From: the human T2T-CHM13v2.0 reference genome, Homo sapiens
NCBI RefSeq assembly: GCF_009914755.1
Contig: NC_060933.1
Length of the DNA stretch: 64,000 nt
Strand: one strand, 5' to 3'
Shown here: piece by piece, positions 24,699 through 38,959 of the stretch
Position numbering within the stretch: the first letter of the stretch is position 1
Layout: each line of letters opens with the position of its first letter
Made by a program: the position numbers and the translations under genes
Notes under the pieces: generated by a model
What the model was told of the DNA's origin: nothing
Database searches by the model: none
What the model saw: the letters and a program-made list of their open reading frames with translations, nothing else

Positions 24699-25484
24699 TG
24701 TGGACATAATAAGAACTATGTATTTGGCCTCTGCCTCAAGTTCCTGACATAGAGCTCCCAAAACCCTTGTAATGTCCTGACTGGTAAGAGCATATTTTGT
24801 TTTAATGAGGTGATTCTTGGTGGGATCCTGGATAGCTTCAGGATGGGAGCTGGTCACCAGAAAGGGCAAGCCATGATTAGAAACTTGGAACTTTCAGCCT
24901 CAACTCCCCATTATCTGGGAAGAGAAGAGGAGCTGGAGAGTTAATCACGTCAATCTTGGCTACATGATGAAGCCTCCATAAAAATCCTTAAGCTGCAGGG
25001 CCTGAAGAGTATCTGAGTTGGTGGATGCATCCATGTGCCTGGAGGGTGGTGCACCCCAATTGCATGGGGACAGAAGCTCCTGCACTTGGGATTTTTCTGG
25101 ACCTCACGCTATGTACTTCTTCATCTGTCTGTTCATCTGCATCCTTTAGAATAAACCAGTAAAAATCAAAGTAAATATTTCCCTGAGTTTTGTGACCTGT
25201 TCTGACAAATTATTGAACCTGGATGGGGAGTGAGGTGGAAAGTGGCTTGCAGTGGGGTTATGGGTACCCCTGAATTTGTAGCCAAGTCAGAGGGAACTGT
25301 GAGGATACTTGTGTCAGGTGTCTGAAGTGAGGGCAGTCTTCTGGGACTAAGATTTCAAACCCACATGGAGTTTTTGTCAGAACTGAATTAAATTGCAGGA
25401 CACTTAGCTGGTGTCCAGAGAGTTAGAAAACTGGTTGGTGTGGGGAAAACAATCCCTACATTCGGTGTTGGAAGTGTGGTGAGT
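24699..25484 (+). mobile_element. MER21-family LTR
   Basis: GAGCTCCCAAAACCCTTG, GCTGGTCACCAGAAAG, CCATGATTAGA, ACAGAAGCTCCTGC, AATAAACCAGTAA, GTAGCCAAGTCAGA, TCTGAAGTGAGGGCAGTCTT. Confidence 0.82.
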
Positions 25485-25719
25485 CAAGATGCAGGTTTTC
25501 CTCTAGAATGTAGCCTTATTTCCACATGTTGGGGTTTCATGTTGTTGTCTGTCCCTGACCATGAATGGCCCACCATCAGTGAAAAGTGTTGAGCCGTCAA
25601 AGCAAGATCACATCTCCTCAGACACCCAAAGTCTTGTGGTAGGAAGGCTGGGAGAGAGAGTGAAAATTCACAGAGTAGCAACTTTGTCCAAATTAGCTCA
25701 GAAATGTCTCATCACAGCC

Positions 25720-25880
25720 ATGAAAGATGGTTACTATATGATTGTTTCCATCTTACAGGTGAGGAAAATAAGCTCAGAAAGGTGTAAACAGCTTGCCCAA
25801 GATCAGTGTTAAGTGATAGAGGCAAAATTTTAAATTCAAGTCTTTGGCCGTCTGACACCAACACCTGGACCCTTTGGCCT
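25720..25880 (-). mobile_element. MIR SINE
   Basis: CCATCTTACAGGTGAGGAAAATAAGCTCAGAAAGG...CTTGCCCAAGATCA. Confidence 0.75.
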
Positions 25881-25913
25881 ACATTCCATTTCCTCCTATA
25901 GTAGAAAGATGTG

Positions 25914-26210
25914 GGCCAGGTGTGGTGGCTCATGCCTGTAATCCCACCACTTTGGGAGGCCAAGGTGGGCAGATTGCTTGAGCTCAGGAGTTTGAGACCA
26001 GCAACAAAGTGAGACCCGTCTCTACAAAAATTACTAAAATTAACTAGGTGTGGTGGTGTGTGCCTGTGGCCCCAGCTACTTTGGAGGCTGAGATTGCTTG
26101 AGCCTGGGAGGCAGAGGTCGCAGTGAGCCAAGATTGTGCCACTGAACTCCAGCCTGGGTGACAGGGTGAGACCCAGTCTCAAAAAAACAAAAACAAAAAC
26201 AAAAACAAAA
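25914..26210 (+). mobile_element. AluJ/S SINE with small internal deletions and (CAAAAA)n tail
   Basis: GGCCAGGTGTGGTGGCTCATGCCTGTAATCCC...CCAGCCTGGGTGACAG. Confidence 0.93.
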
Positions 26211-26439
26211 CCAATATGAATGTAGTTGGTCTTCCCTTTCTCACTTCTATCCCCATCTTTCCCATTGATCCAAGATTCTATAAGAGTTTAAGAAATGTTA
26301 TTGTTCCAGCCATTGGGGCTGGAAAAACCCTCTATGGAGATTTTTTTTTTCTCCCCTCATTATTTTGCTTAAGTGACAGGGAAGTCTTGTGGACTCCTGT
26401 GGATTGCAAAGACCCCATTCATATTCATCACATTCTTAC

Positions 26440-26820
26440 TGCACACAGTCTGTGCATGTTGTTCCTTCTGCCCCAAGAGCTTTTTCTCACCTCCTTTCCC
26501 TTTACTCCTGCTCATCCTGTAGATGTTAGATCAACTGTGACTTTCTCAAAAAAGCTGTCCAACCCTCTCCATAGGTCCCTTGATCCCAGTGAACTCTCAT
26601 AACATTGCACTACTTTCCTCCCTGGCACATAGCTCAGTTTGCAAGTATTAATAATTGGTGAGTTTTTGAGTTAATGTCAGCCCCACCCCCCAACTAGACC
26701 ATAAGCTCTAAGAGGGCAGGGTCCATGTCTACTTGGATCATGATTGAGCCCCCCGTTCCATGCACAGGGCTTAGATTACTATAGATGACCCATCAATGTT
26801 TACTGAGTGAATAAACAAAT
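26440..26820 (+). mobile_element. L2 3' fragment
   Basis: CTAGACCATAAGCTCTAAGAGGGCAGGG...TTTACTGAGTGAATAAA. Confidence 0.65.
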
Positions 26821-26899
26821 GCGTTAAAGCATAGGACGTAAAAACTTTTGGGTCTGGAGACAATAGAATTTCTGAACTTGTGTCTTAAAGAGGAATAGC

Positions 26900-27030
26900 T
26901 TTTTCCTCATAACTTGTTAGAAATGCAGAATCCCAGGCCTCATCCCAAACCCTCTACATAAGAATCTGCAACTTGCCATGTTCTGGTCCCCAGAGGATTC
27001 CTATGTACATTAATGACTTATAAATACTGC
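26900..27030. mobile_element. MER5-family DNA transposon fragment
   Basis: CTTGTTAGAAATGCAGAATCCCAGGCCTCATCCCA...AGAATCTGCA. Confidence 0.65.
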
Positions 27031-27212
27031 AGAGGAGAAAAAGTTGGAATGGAAAGGTGAAGTAGCCTGTGTTAATTAATTGATCATGTAATTGGTTAAT
27101 TATAAAAGTTTGTAAAATTATTCTGAGCACCTTCTATGGATCTGGTACTGTGTTAGGCCCTGGGACTCTGGCATGAACATGGGAGATATGGTACTAGCCT
27201 CAAGATAGTGCC

Positions 27213-27566
27213 TGATATGGTTTGGCTGTGTCACCACCTAAATCTGAACTTGAATTGTATCTCCTAGAATTCCTATGTGTTGTGGGAGGGACCCAGGGGG
27301 AGATAATTGAATCATGGGGGCTGGTCTTTCCCATGCTATTCTCATGATAGTGAATAAGTCTCACGAGATCTGATGGGTTTATCAGGGGTTTCCGCTTTTG
27401 CTTCTTCCTCATTTTCTCTTGCCGCCACCATGTAAGAAGAGCCTTTCACCTCCCATCATGATTCTGATGCCTCCCCAGCCATGTGGAACTGTAAGTCCAA
27501 TTAAACCTCTTTTTCTTCCCAGCCTTGTGTATGTCTTTATCAGTAGCATATATATGGACTGATACA
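27213..27566 (+). mobile_element. THE1A MaLR solo LTR, full length
   Basis: TGATATGGTTTGG...GGGTTTATCAGGGGTTTCCGCTTTTGC...GGACTGATACA; TSD GTGCC/GTACC. Confidence 0.92.
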
Positions 27567-28369
27567 GTACCCCATACCTGTGTGGATGGGCAAAGCACCC
27601 AGAGCTAGCAGAGTAGAGGGAGAGGCTGCTCATTGAGCAGGAAACAGGGAGGGCTTTCTGCAGGTGACTAGCAGTGGAGGGCACAGGGGGCAGCCTCATA
27701 GACAATGAAATTTCCTGTCCTGTGTCACAGTCTTGAGGCTGGGGGATGGAGTCAGCAGGTTGTTGTAATAATCCAGACTAGAAATGTAAACAGGTCACCA
27801 TTCTTTCTCTCCCAGCTCTTCCCTGAATTCTCATGCCATTCTGAAAAACCTGCCTAAAACCCTTTATGAATCAGATAAGGGCCAGATTCCATAGGCTTCT
27901 TTCAAACTTTTTTTTCATATTTTTTCATTTACATTCTGCCTCTAAATGTCAATCTTCTACCTTCTTTTCTCTCTCTGTGTTTCCCTCCTTTCCACTGTTT
28001 GCCTTGCTAGTGTCCCTCTGGCATCTCCATTACACGGACTATTATGCAGCTATCAGAAATGATGTTTACAAAGACTGTGTAATAAACATGGAACATGCTT
28101 AGGTTTAATAGGAAGCTGGTGCAGAGTTGTATAGACATATGATTACAGTCTTATAAACATAAGTCTATATAGTTAACAAAATTTTAAAAAGCAAACTCCA
28201 GAGTGAGTCAAACAATATTTATATGTGCCTGGGGTTTAAAAATATATATATTTGAGATGTTTATTTTCTATCTTTTTATGACTAGGGATTTCTTTTTACA
28301 TAATAAATAAAAACCACAAATTTAAAATTGTTGCTATTTATTCACTGTATCATTTTGGGCTTTTTTTTT

Positions 28370-28520
28370 TAAACTTCCCTGAGCCTCAGTTTTCTCATCT
28401 CTAAAAGGGAGCTGACAGTTGGGCTTCCCACAGAGGATGTTTTGCGATTGTACTCACCAAGTGTGCTATGGCACAGAGCCTGGCATGAGAGTAAAACCTA
28501 ACCCCATAGCAGTAATTATC
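28370..28520 (+). mobile_element. MIR SINE
   Basis: CCTGAGCCTCAGTTTTCTCATCTCTAAAAGGG. Confidence 0.7.
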
Positions 28521-29012
28521 ATGTGAGGATCAGTTCCCAGCTTACCTGATTGGTATAGATTGAATCAAAAACAAGAAGTTTGATGTGGTAGGGATGGAGG
28601 TGGAGGGCAAGGAGTTATCCATTTGGAAGTCCTGATTTTGTGGCTATGTTTGCCCCTAATTGTTGTGCGACCTTGGCAATTCTTCCCATCTCTGGGCTTT
28701 TGTCTCTCCAAATGTAGAAGAGAAATGGAACCTCAAAGATCAACATAATTTCCTCTTACATGTCTAAAAGATAATACCTCAATTTCCTTGGGAACACACT
28801 GTGAACGTTTTAACAATCCTAAATATTCTACTGGACAAATACTGCAGCCTCTTTCTAATGTCCCTTAACTCCCTGAGTTTCATGGACCTATGAATTTTTC
28901 ATCCTTGCTTCTTAAAAACAACAAGGTCCCTCCTCCTCTGATGACCACAGAACAATTCTTGGTTGTGTCAATTGTTTACAAAAACATCATTTTTTTTTTT
29001 TTTTTTTTTTTT

Positions 29013-29325
<313 letters not shown>

Positions 29326-29899
29326 TTAGAGTGTGGTGGTCATCAGTTCATGGCTGACAGAAACAGCACTTCCTGCTCTTTGCAATTTAGTTCTTATAAT
29401 GGACAAGTCTTGTTTCAAATGCTGCCTCCTTGGTATTCTGTGTACAATGGAAATGGGGGTTGGATTAGATGCTCTCTAAAGATGGTCTGAGCTCTAAAAG
29501 TTTTCTTCCTGGACAGCAGCAGTTTCCCTGGATAAAGGACCTTTTTCCTGAGCATGTGGCTCTGTCTCAGAAGCAGCCCCTCTCCCTGGTTCCCCAGTAG
29601 AGCTTCCAGGCTCAGATGAGTAGGGCCAGCTGGCTTTGCTCTACATAGAGGCCCTAAATAATTTTAGTGGCTTAAAAGCAGAAGAATGGTTCTCCAGCTC
29701 CTGTAAGAGGCAGAATTAACAGAGAATAACTTAAAGGGAACAGCATGAAAGAGGCCAATGGAAAGATAGAAATAAAATGAAGAATGGGGGCAACCAACTT
29801 TCAGGGTCTCTCAAAAAAAATCCTGGGTCAGGATCCCACCTGTCTACTGCAAGCTCCCTTCTTCCTGCTCACAGTGCCTTCTTGCCTTAATAGTACAAA

Positions 29900-30240
29900 G
29901 AAAAATGCTTTACCATGATTTAGGTACTATGCTAAGCTCTTGACCATACATGCATCATTTAACCCTCAGTTACAATGTTGGCTCCATGAGGGCAGGGGGA
30001 TTTTGTCTGATTTGTTTACAGTTGCATCCCATTTTCTAGAACAATACCAGGACCCCGGTATGTGTTCACTGAGTATTTGGTGAAATGATGAATGATGACT
30101 TGCTGAGGTCACTACGATTACTAACTCCATTTTACAGATGAATACACTGAAGCTCCTAGAGGTTAAGTTACCTGCTCAAGACAACGTAGCTAGTAGGAGC
30201 AAAGCCAGGATTCAAGTCTAGCTGATCTTAAAGCCTGCTT
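29900..30240 (-). mobile_element. MIR SINE interrupted by an L2 3' end (plus strand, approx. 29970-30095)
   Basis: MIR core CCATTTTACAGATGAA...CCTGCTCAAG; L2 GCTCCATGAGGGCAGGG...GATGAATGA. Confidence 0.7.
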
Positions 30241-30615
30241 TATTTTAGACTATGTCCTCACAGGAAATATCCATCTGTTTTAGTCTATTCTCACACTGTT
30301 ACAATGAAATACCTGAGACTGAGTAATGTATAAAGAAAAGAGGTTGAACTAGCTCACCGTTCTACAGGCTTTATAGGAAGTATGGCCACATCTGCTTCTG
30401 GGGAGGCCTCAGGGAGTTTCTACTCATGGTGGAAGCAAAGTGGGAGCATACATCTGACATGGCAGGAGCAGGACCATGAGAGAGATGGGGGAGGTACCAC
30501 ACACTTTTAGACAACAAGATCTCACAAGAATTCACTATCATGATGACAGTATCAAGGGGGATGCTCTTAAACCATGAGAAACAGCCACCATGATCCAATC
30601 ACCTTCCACCAGACC

Positions 30616-31292
<677 letters not shown>

Positions 31293-31764
31293 GGGCCCCA
31301 CATCCAGCTCTGGATATTACAACTGAACATGGGATTTGGGTGGCAATACAAATCCAAACCATATCACCATCTCCTACTTCTCTATTCACATCTCCTTCCT
31401 CTCTCACAGAAGTTCCTCTGCCCTAGAACCTCTTCCTTCCGGAAGTCTTTTCTTACTACTTCCTTTGAAGGTGGGACTCCTCTTGGAATGACATAACTAC
31501 AACCCTCCTATGCATTACTAAGTCAAAAGCTATCTTCCCCAGAAAGGGCACTTGTTATTTTCCCTAAGCTATGCCTGAATACTTTATACCTTGAATTATT
31601 ATTGTTCATAAACATGTGTACCCATAACAAATTATAAGCTTTTCAAGGAAGGCCCTGTGTTTGGTTATGATTAATTTTATATATTGCTACAATGCCAGAT
31701 TCATAATGAGTTTTTAATCATTTTTTTCAATAATGACTCATTTAAGCCTTGGAATCATAGACTC

Positions 31765-32240
31765 AGGGGGCAATTTAGGTGTGCCTATCAAAATGTCAAA
31801 TATTTTTACACTTTAACATATAATTCCATTTGAAAATACTTAAAAATACTAAAACCTAGTCACAAAAATGCATGCACAAGTCTGTGTATTGTTGCATTGT
31901 TTGTAATAGTAAAAACATGTGATAATGTAAAAGTCCATTACTGGCTGGTGGTGAAATGAATCATGATACATCTGTGTTATGGAATATTAATGAGCTGTGA
32001 AAAAGAATATTGTAGATCTGGATGAATTGATATGGAGACATCTTTAAAACTTCGTATTAGTAGAAAAAGCAAGTTTCACAAAAACATTCAGTGTGATCCC
32101 AATCAGATTAAAATTTACCTATGTAAATTCATGTCAACAGTTCTGGGGATAAGCATATCAAACTGCTAAGAAATATGTACTTTGGGGTGGGCTGGAAGTT
32201 TGGAGACTGAAAGAGATTTCTGCCTTTTTATTCTGAAAAT
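31765..32240 (+). mobile_element. Old L1ME-like fragment
   Basis: GCATTGTTTGTAATAGTAAAA...GCTGTGAAAAAGAAT...GTAGATCT. Confidence 0.6.
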
Positions 32241-32799
32241 ACTTCTTAAAAAATGGTGGCTTAAAACAATAGACTCACAGGACATGAAGATTGGAAGGGA
32301 CCTTATAGGGCAGAGGTGGTGCAGAACCTTCCACAGGCAGTATTAGGTTCTTTGCATATATTTCTTACCTATATCTCATAACAAACCCCAACAGGTAAGG
32401 TTCAACAATGCCACTTTACAAACAAGGACATTAAGGTTCAGACTCAAACAAAGCCCGCCTAAATCTCAACCTTGTCCCCTTCTTTCCAAGGTTATAACAG
32501 TAAAATTCTAACCAAAATTTTATTTTTTAGATAGGACTTTGAGACCTGTTCAGGCTCAGCCAGAAGTCTGGAAGTCCTTCCTGTGCTGTCTCTTCTAATC
32601 ACTTCTAACATCTGGAGGTTATCACCACAGCCAGCCAATTTGTTCACTGAAGGACAGAAGCTTTGCATTCTGTTTCTTCGCCCCCAGGTTTGGGTTGATC
32701 ATGGTACCAGATGCTCCTTAACCCTACAATGAGATAGTCACTCTTGGAGGGGCCAAGTCAGCTATTAGACGGCTTCTCTTGATGCCCTTGTCTTTACAG

Positions 32800-32863
32800 T
32801 TGTCCTGGAAAAACCAGACTTCTGCCTTAGGCAGAGTGGTTCCATTTGAAGTTATGAGAAAAG
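32800..32863 (+). other. Candidate internal exon (64 nt; alternative acceptor would give 32688-32863)
   Basis: Acceptor CTTCTCTTGATGCCCTTGTCTTTACAG| (alternative TTCTGTTTCTTCGCCCCCAG|) and donor AAG|GTGAGT. Confidence 0.35.
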
Positions 32864-33473
32864 GTGAGTGAGGAGTAGATAGCTATACAAAACTATTTTG
32901 TGATATGACTTGGTGTTCTTTGATGAGGCTTGGCAGAGACGTACACCAATTTTCCTCAGCTTTTACCCCTGGAGATGGAGATTTCTTTAGGGACTCAGAT
33001 GAGTGGTTGTTCTGCATTAGGGCTGGGAAAATCTCAAAAAGAGCTGGAGGGTGGAAATGAAGAATTCAACTTGGAATCCTTAAATCTCAGACTTGGAAGA
33101 AAGCTCAGCAGAGGAGATTTAATCTAACTTCTGACCCATGCAAGGGTTCTCTCTGGAGTGTCCACATAGAGCACACCTTGCTCCAGTGCCAGGGAACTCA
33201 CCACTTCAGTGTTGAACAGGTCTTACTAAGAGAAGGCACTTGCTGATGGTGCCTAGATCTGTCTCTCCAGAAGCCATCTCCCATGTGCTGTGGAGCAGGG
33301 CCCTGAGGTGAAGGCACTGGAAGCTTCTCCTCTTGTTACTGGAAAGGAGTCCCAATCCAGAACCCAATAGAGGGTTCTTGGATCTTGCACAAGGAAGAAT
33401 TTAAGGTGAATCCGTAAAGCAAAGTGAAAGCACGTTTATTAGGAAAGTAAAGGAATAAAAAATGGCTACTCCA

Positions 33474-33798
33474 GGCTAGGCACAGTGGCTCAAGCCTATA
33501 ATCCCAGCACTTTGGGAGGCTGAGGCAGGAGGATCACCTGGGGTCAGGAGTTCGGAACCAGCCTGGCCAACATGGTGAAATCCTATCTCTACTAAAAATA
33601 TAAAAAATAAAAATAAAAAAAAAAAACTTAGCTGAGTGTGGTGGCACGATCCTGTAATCCCAGCTACTCAGGTGGCTGAGGCAGGAGACTTGCTTGAACC
33701 CAGGAGGCAGAGGTTACAGTGAGTAGAGATTGCACCACTGAACTCCAGCCTGGGTGACAGAGCAAGACTTCATCTCAAAAAAAAAAAAAAAAAAAAAA
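33474..33798 (+). mobile_element. AluS SINE
   Basis: Full Alu; TSD AATGGCTACTCCA. Confidence 0.95.
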
Positions 33799-33906
33799 GA
33801 ATGGCTACTCCATTGGCAGCGGTGGCATGGGCTGCTCAGCTTCTTATACTTATTGTTACTTCTTTATTAATTATATGCTAAACAAAGGGTAGGTTATTCA
33901 TGAATT

Positions 33907-33936
33907 TTCCGGGAAAGGGGCAGGCAATTCCTGGAA
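33907..33936. promoter_or_regulatory. Tandem GAS/STAT motifs in MER41B
   Basis: TTCCGGGAA (33907-33915) and TTCCTGGAA (33928-33936) both fit TTCNNNGAA. Confidence 0.65.
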
Positions 33937-35197
33937 CTGAGGGTTCATCCCCTTTTTAGACCATATAAGGTAACTTTCTGACGTTGCCATGGCATTTGTA
34001 AACAGTCATGGTGCTGGTGGGAGTGCCTCTTAGGATGCTAATTCATTATAATTAGCATATAATGAGCAGTGAGGATGACCAGAGGTCACTTTTGTGGCCA
34101 TCTTGGTTTTGGTGGGATTTGGATAGCTTCTTTACTGCAACCTGTTTTATTAGCAAGGTCTTTATGACCTGGATCTTGTGCTGACCTCCTATCTCATCCT
34201 GTGACTAAGAACGCCTTAACCTTCTGGGAGTGCAGCCCAATAGGTCTCAGCCTCATTTTGCCCAGCCCCGACTCAAGATGAAGTCACTGTGGTTCAAATC
34301 TTCTAACACTCTGACTAGTATACGACTTCCAAACAAGTCACTCTTGCCACTTAGGAGATCTGAGCTGAGAACCCTCAGAATCAAATCCCTTATTTTACAG
34401 TTGGGAAAAATGAGGTCCAGAGAGCCAATATTTTATTAATATCTAAGTCTCATATACCCATATTTGCTTTCTTAATATAAAAGAATCATTTCCTGTCTTA
34501 CAGTTAACAAAATATCAGATATTTTAGTACACTCTGCTCAGAGCTACAGCCCCTGCTTAGTCATCAGCACTACCACCACTACCATCATCATATTAATAAT
34601 TATTCAGTGTCTCCTATGTGCTAGGCATTCTATTAAGTGTTTTACATTGAATGATACCTCTTGAGAACCTTATGAGGAGGAGTGAGGAGTCTCCCAGTTA
34701 GAGAAGGAATGCCCACCTATCATGATAGTCATTTTTCAAGTAGCTGTGTAATGGGGCAGAAGATGAGCTTCTTCCTGCTAGATTTCATCACCTGGGGCTT
34801 GTAGTCTCAGAACAACAGACAAGTCAGGCTCCTTTTCCAGTGCCTGGAAGGACATGCAGATGTATGTGTGTACACACATACTCACATGTACTCATACAGG
34901 CTCTCTGCTACACAGATACGATAAAGGAAGCTTGGGTCTGTCTCTGGGAACCACTCTCTTATTAGGCATTACCTGCAGTTCCTGAGTACTTCTTCCAGTT
35001 TCTCAGACAAATCTAAATAGAAACCCTGCTACTCCTATTTTTCCATGTGTGGGGGGTGGGGGGATGAACATATTGTAGGCTGTGATTAATAATTTAAAAA
35101 ATTATTAAGAAAGATCAAGCTTCCTGATGTTCAGCTTAGACCATATGTACCTCACCTTCCCTGAACTATCCCTGTCCTGCCCCCATATGCAAGGAGA

Positions 35198-35265
35198 TAC
35201 ACAACACAACACACAAACACACACACACACACACACACATATATACACATGCACACATGCACACA
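35198..35265. repeat. (CA)n-rich microsatellite
   Basis: Interrupted CA run. Confidence 0.85.
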
Positions 35266-35959
35266 GGGATGCTCATACATTCAAAAACATCCAGTGTTCC
35301 TTCACTGCCTGTAAGGTAAAGCTGAAACACTGTAGCCTGAACATATGACCCTTTATGATTTAAATTCCATCCTTTCTTCTGAAACTTTCTTCCTCCATTC
35401 CTTATCATGCTCCATCCAAACTGGTCTACTGTGCATGCCATCCCATCCTGGCCTCCCAGAAAGCTCTTTCTCAGGTGGTGCCCCTGTTTGTAATGTTGTT
35501 CCCTGTATGATCACCAAGACCAAGTTCAAATACTACAGTGTCTAAGAAACCATCAATGATGTCTTCAAGCTTCCTGCTGTAACCTCTTTCTCATCAGAGC
35601 TCTTAAAATCATTTTCAAAACTGCTTCAAAAACATATTGATTTCAATAATTTATGCAGTTCCCTTAATCATTGCCACCCCCTGCCACTGCAAGTTAGAGC
35701 TTTCTTTTTGGTGCATAGATCTCTTTGGTGCTATATCTTCTATAGCCTTGCCAGCTTCATCTGCTCTTGTAGAAACTTCTCTGCTCTTTCCTCCTTCTTT
35801 TTGGTCCCTGCCTTCATGTTATCGAGTTCCATTTCAACCTCTTTACCTTGATAAAACACATGTACATAATTTTGGCATTGCTATTGTTTTTCACTGGAGT
35901 TACAAGAGATGTTTGACCAATGCTCATAATAATACATCTAGCCATGCTGATAATAATTT

Positions 35960-36190
35960 AAATATGGCATTTAATTACTAAGCTCCAGGCACTATCTTAT
36001 GGACCTTATATACTTTGCTTCATTTAAGTCTTTTCCAGGATCGTGAGTGGGTAACTCTTTTAAAATTCCTATTTTACAGATGAGAAAACTGATAACTGAA
36101 TAAGTTAACTCAAGGTCATCCACAGAGTGACACGGCTGAGATTTGAACTCATGTGTAGCTGACTCCAAAACCCAAGTTCTTAATCACTTT
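35960..36190 (-). mobile_element. MIR SINE
   Basis: CCTATTTTACAGATGAGAAAACTGA...GAGATTTGAACTC. Confidence 0.82.
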
Positions 36191-37469
36191 ATCAGAAAAT
36201 TACCAAAAGGCATCTAATTAGTTGCATGCAATTAAATACATATGAGGGAGAGGGCCATCAGGAGATTATTTAGAAATAGAAACAAAATAAGATGTATGAA
36301 AACAAAGATAAAAGCAAGAACAGTTGAACAGAGTCTGAGAACAATGAATCGTGGTTTACAAGTTTTAGAAAAACTAATTAGCTGGAATATAGCAAAGAGG
36401 TCAGCTCTGAGACATCTATCCTTGAGAAGGCTAAGGAGGAGTACCAAAGAAACCCATTTTCATTGCAGATTGCAGAAAACCTTGAGCGTTTCACTGAGGA
36501 ATGTATGTGGCAGGGTATCTCTGTTGCCTTCCATCCATACCTCTGCTTTTATTGGGGTGGTCTCCACCACCTCCCTCATCAGAACCTCTCCCTAGGGTGC
36601 ATGGCTTCTGATCTCCCAAAAGACTGGTTTCTACTGTTAAAGGAGATCGTGCATGTGGAGTCCTTAACAGGTGAGACAGTCACATGGCCATCCTGAAATA
36701 AATGTAGAGCCATGATAAGCCTTATAATCACGGGGTGTCTTGTTTTCATATATTTATCATTACTAACAGGAAGCTGGTGGGTTTTGCTTTCCTGGCTTTT
36801 GCTGGTGTTGAGATTCCTTTTTTAACCAGCTCTGGTAACTCCCTTATGTAACAACACATGCATAAGTATTCACACAATTCACTGCTTTGGATTGATCAGC
36901 TCTATCTATGAGAATTGTCTTGGCCACAGTGAATGGATTATAGTTACAATAGAAGTCTGTACTAGGTGGTCCTTCTTTTGACACTTGCGGACTCCCAAGG
37001 AATGGTGGCTGGACTCTATTAGGCTCCAAACTCTCATGTGCCTGAGCGCCAGCTCCCTCTCTAAACATAAGCATCTCGGGGCTGGAGGTGGGGGGAAATT
37101 TTCTGATGCATCTTTCTTTGCCATGTAATTCCTACCCCAGGATCATGCTCACATAAGTGTTCTTGGAATATGTGAGTAAGTGACTGAAAACTCCATTGTA
37201 CTGCCCTGTTGCTGCATAAAACTGGTTGTCAATGCCGACAGCTCCCTGTGGTGTTTTTCTTCCCTTTGGGAAATCACACCAATTTAGCTTTGGCTACTGT
37301 TCCCTCCGTATACCCTTTCATGTGTATGCAACAACCCACAGTATCTCCTCCTTGCTTTCAACTTGCTAGAGACCAGCCTTTCTCATGACACTCCACAGCT
37401 TGACTCAGCTTCCCTCCCTGTTGCTATCCCTGATCTCCCAACTGCCTCCCTCTTCCAAATTATGTGAAA

Positions 37470-37690
37470 ACAACGACCATTTACTCAATACCTACTACCT
37501 GGCAGATGCCGTATGTGAAAAACCTTTCTGGGTCCTCATAACAGCCCCCAGGGTAGGTCTACCAGTGTCTATTTTACACATGAAAAAACTGAGGCACAGA
37601 GAAGGGACTTTGGAAGCCTCAGAGAAACAGCTGAAATGCCAGTCAGCTGTGATTGACACCAAAGTCCAGCAATTTAACCATTACAGTATA
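37470..37690 (-). mobile_element. MIR SINE
   Basis: CATTTACTCAATACCTAC...ATTTTACACATGAAAAAACTGAGGCACAGAGA. Confidence 0.75.
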
Positions 37691-38959
37691 ATATATCTTT
37701 AAATAGAAATTCCAATTACATTTTTCAGATATTCTAAAAAAAATTCCACATATAGATTTGAAGACTAATGGGCAGTCATACACCCCTGAGCTCATGTTTA
37801 CTCAGAAATCTTTGTCGTAACAGCTGTTCCTCCCCTAACCTTGTATGTACTTCCAGTTTCTGCAGCAGATACTCAAGCCTACCACGTGCAAGGGAGATTG
37901 CTGGGCACTGCTTTGGAGCAAAGTGTAATATGTTATAAATCATACACTCCATGAGTTTACAAAAGAACAGAGAAATGAAGGGGAAGAAAGAAATAAAAGA
38001 AAACTGTATTAAAAGAGTTGATTATTAGAAAATGCTTAGAAAGGCAAAGACTTGTGGAGGTACAAAGGAATTTGTCAGGTACAGGGTAAAAAAAAAAAAG
38101 GATGTTTACCTAGCTGACCTGTAAGTTAAACACTGTATTAAGGGCGTTCATAGCAACAGTGGCCATTTTAAAGCATCTATTATGTACTATGAGTTTTTTA
38201 TGCATTTTTCATCCCTTCACAAGAAGTGAACAAAATAGGAATTCTGATCTCTATTTTACAAAGGAAGACACTGGAAGCACAGAGAGGTGAAAAAAATCAC
38301 TTAAGTGTACACAGCCATTAAATGGCAGAATCAAAATAAGAATCCAGGCCTGTCGTGGCCTGCATTTCTGGCATTCCTCACATACGCCTCCCAGTGGGAT
38401 CCAGCATATTATCCCCATTTACAGGTAAAGAGGAAGTGGCAGAATGTCAGTGTTGGAAAGGACTTGGGAACTAGAATGCTTGTTTAGGGGAAACAAGGAA
38501 GGCTGTGTGCAGATGTGCTGGACCTGGAAGGACTAATAGGACTTAGTACACAGACACTGTAAAAGCATTCTTGAGAGAAAGGTCTTCATGAGAAGAGGCG
38601 GAAGTGTGGCAGATGCAGGACGAAAAGAAGATGCCACTGACTAGTGTAGCAGCACTTTTAGGCTGCTGGAAGCTGACATGGCTGGAATCCTAAGTCAGGC
38701 CTAGCTACAACGCATTCCTTTGGTATAGATTATTTGCTTTGAATCAAGGGTATTGATGCTGCAGAGTCAATTCTGCAGGAAGTGAACCCTAAGGAGAGGC
38801 ACTGAGACTTTTTTTGGGAGATCCTAAAAAAGCCAGTTCACCTGCTCCAACCACGAGGCACATTTGCTCCCAAACATTGACTCTGTGCTGCATCTTGGAA
38901 TATTTTGCACGTATCTCTCCCTAACCTGGAGAAATACAGTCCATGGTGCCTTTGGGAAA

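Larger units (their letters stand above)
33334..34308 (-). mobile_element. MER41B (ERV1) solo LTR, full length, containing an Alu
   Basis: TGTTACTGGAAAGGAGTCCC...GGGTTCTTGGATCT...GATGACCAGAGGTCAC...GGTTCAAATCTTCTAACA; 4-bp TSD CTCT on both sides. Confidence 0.92.
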
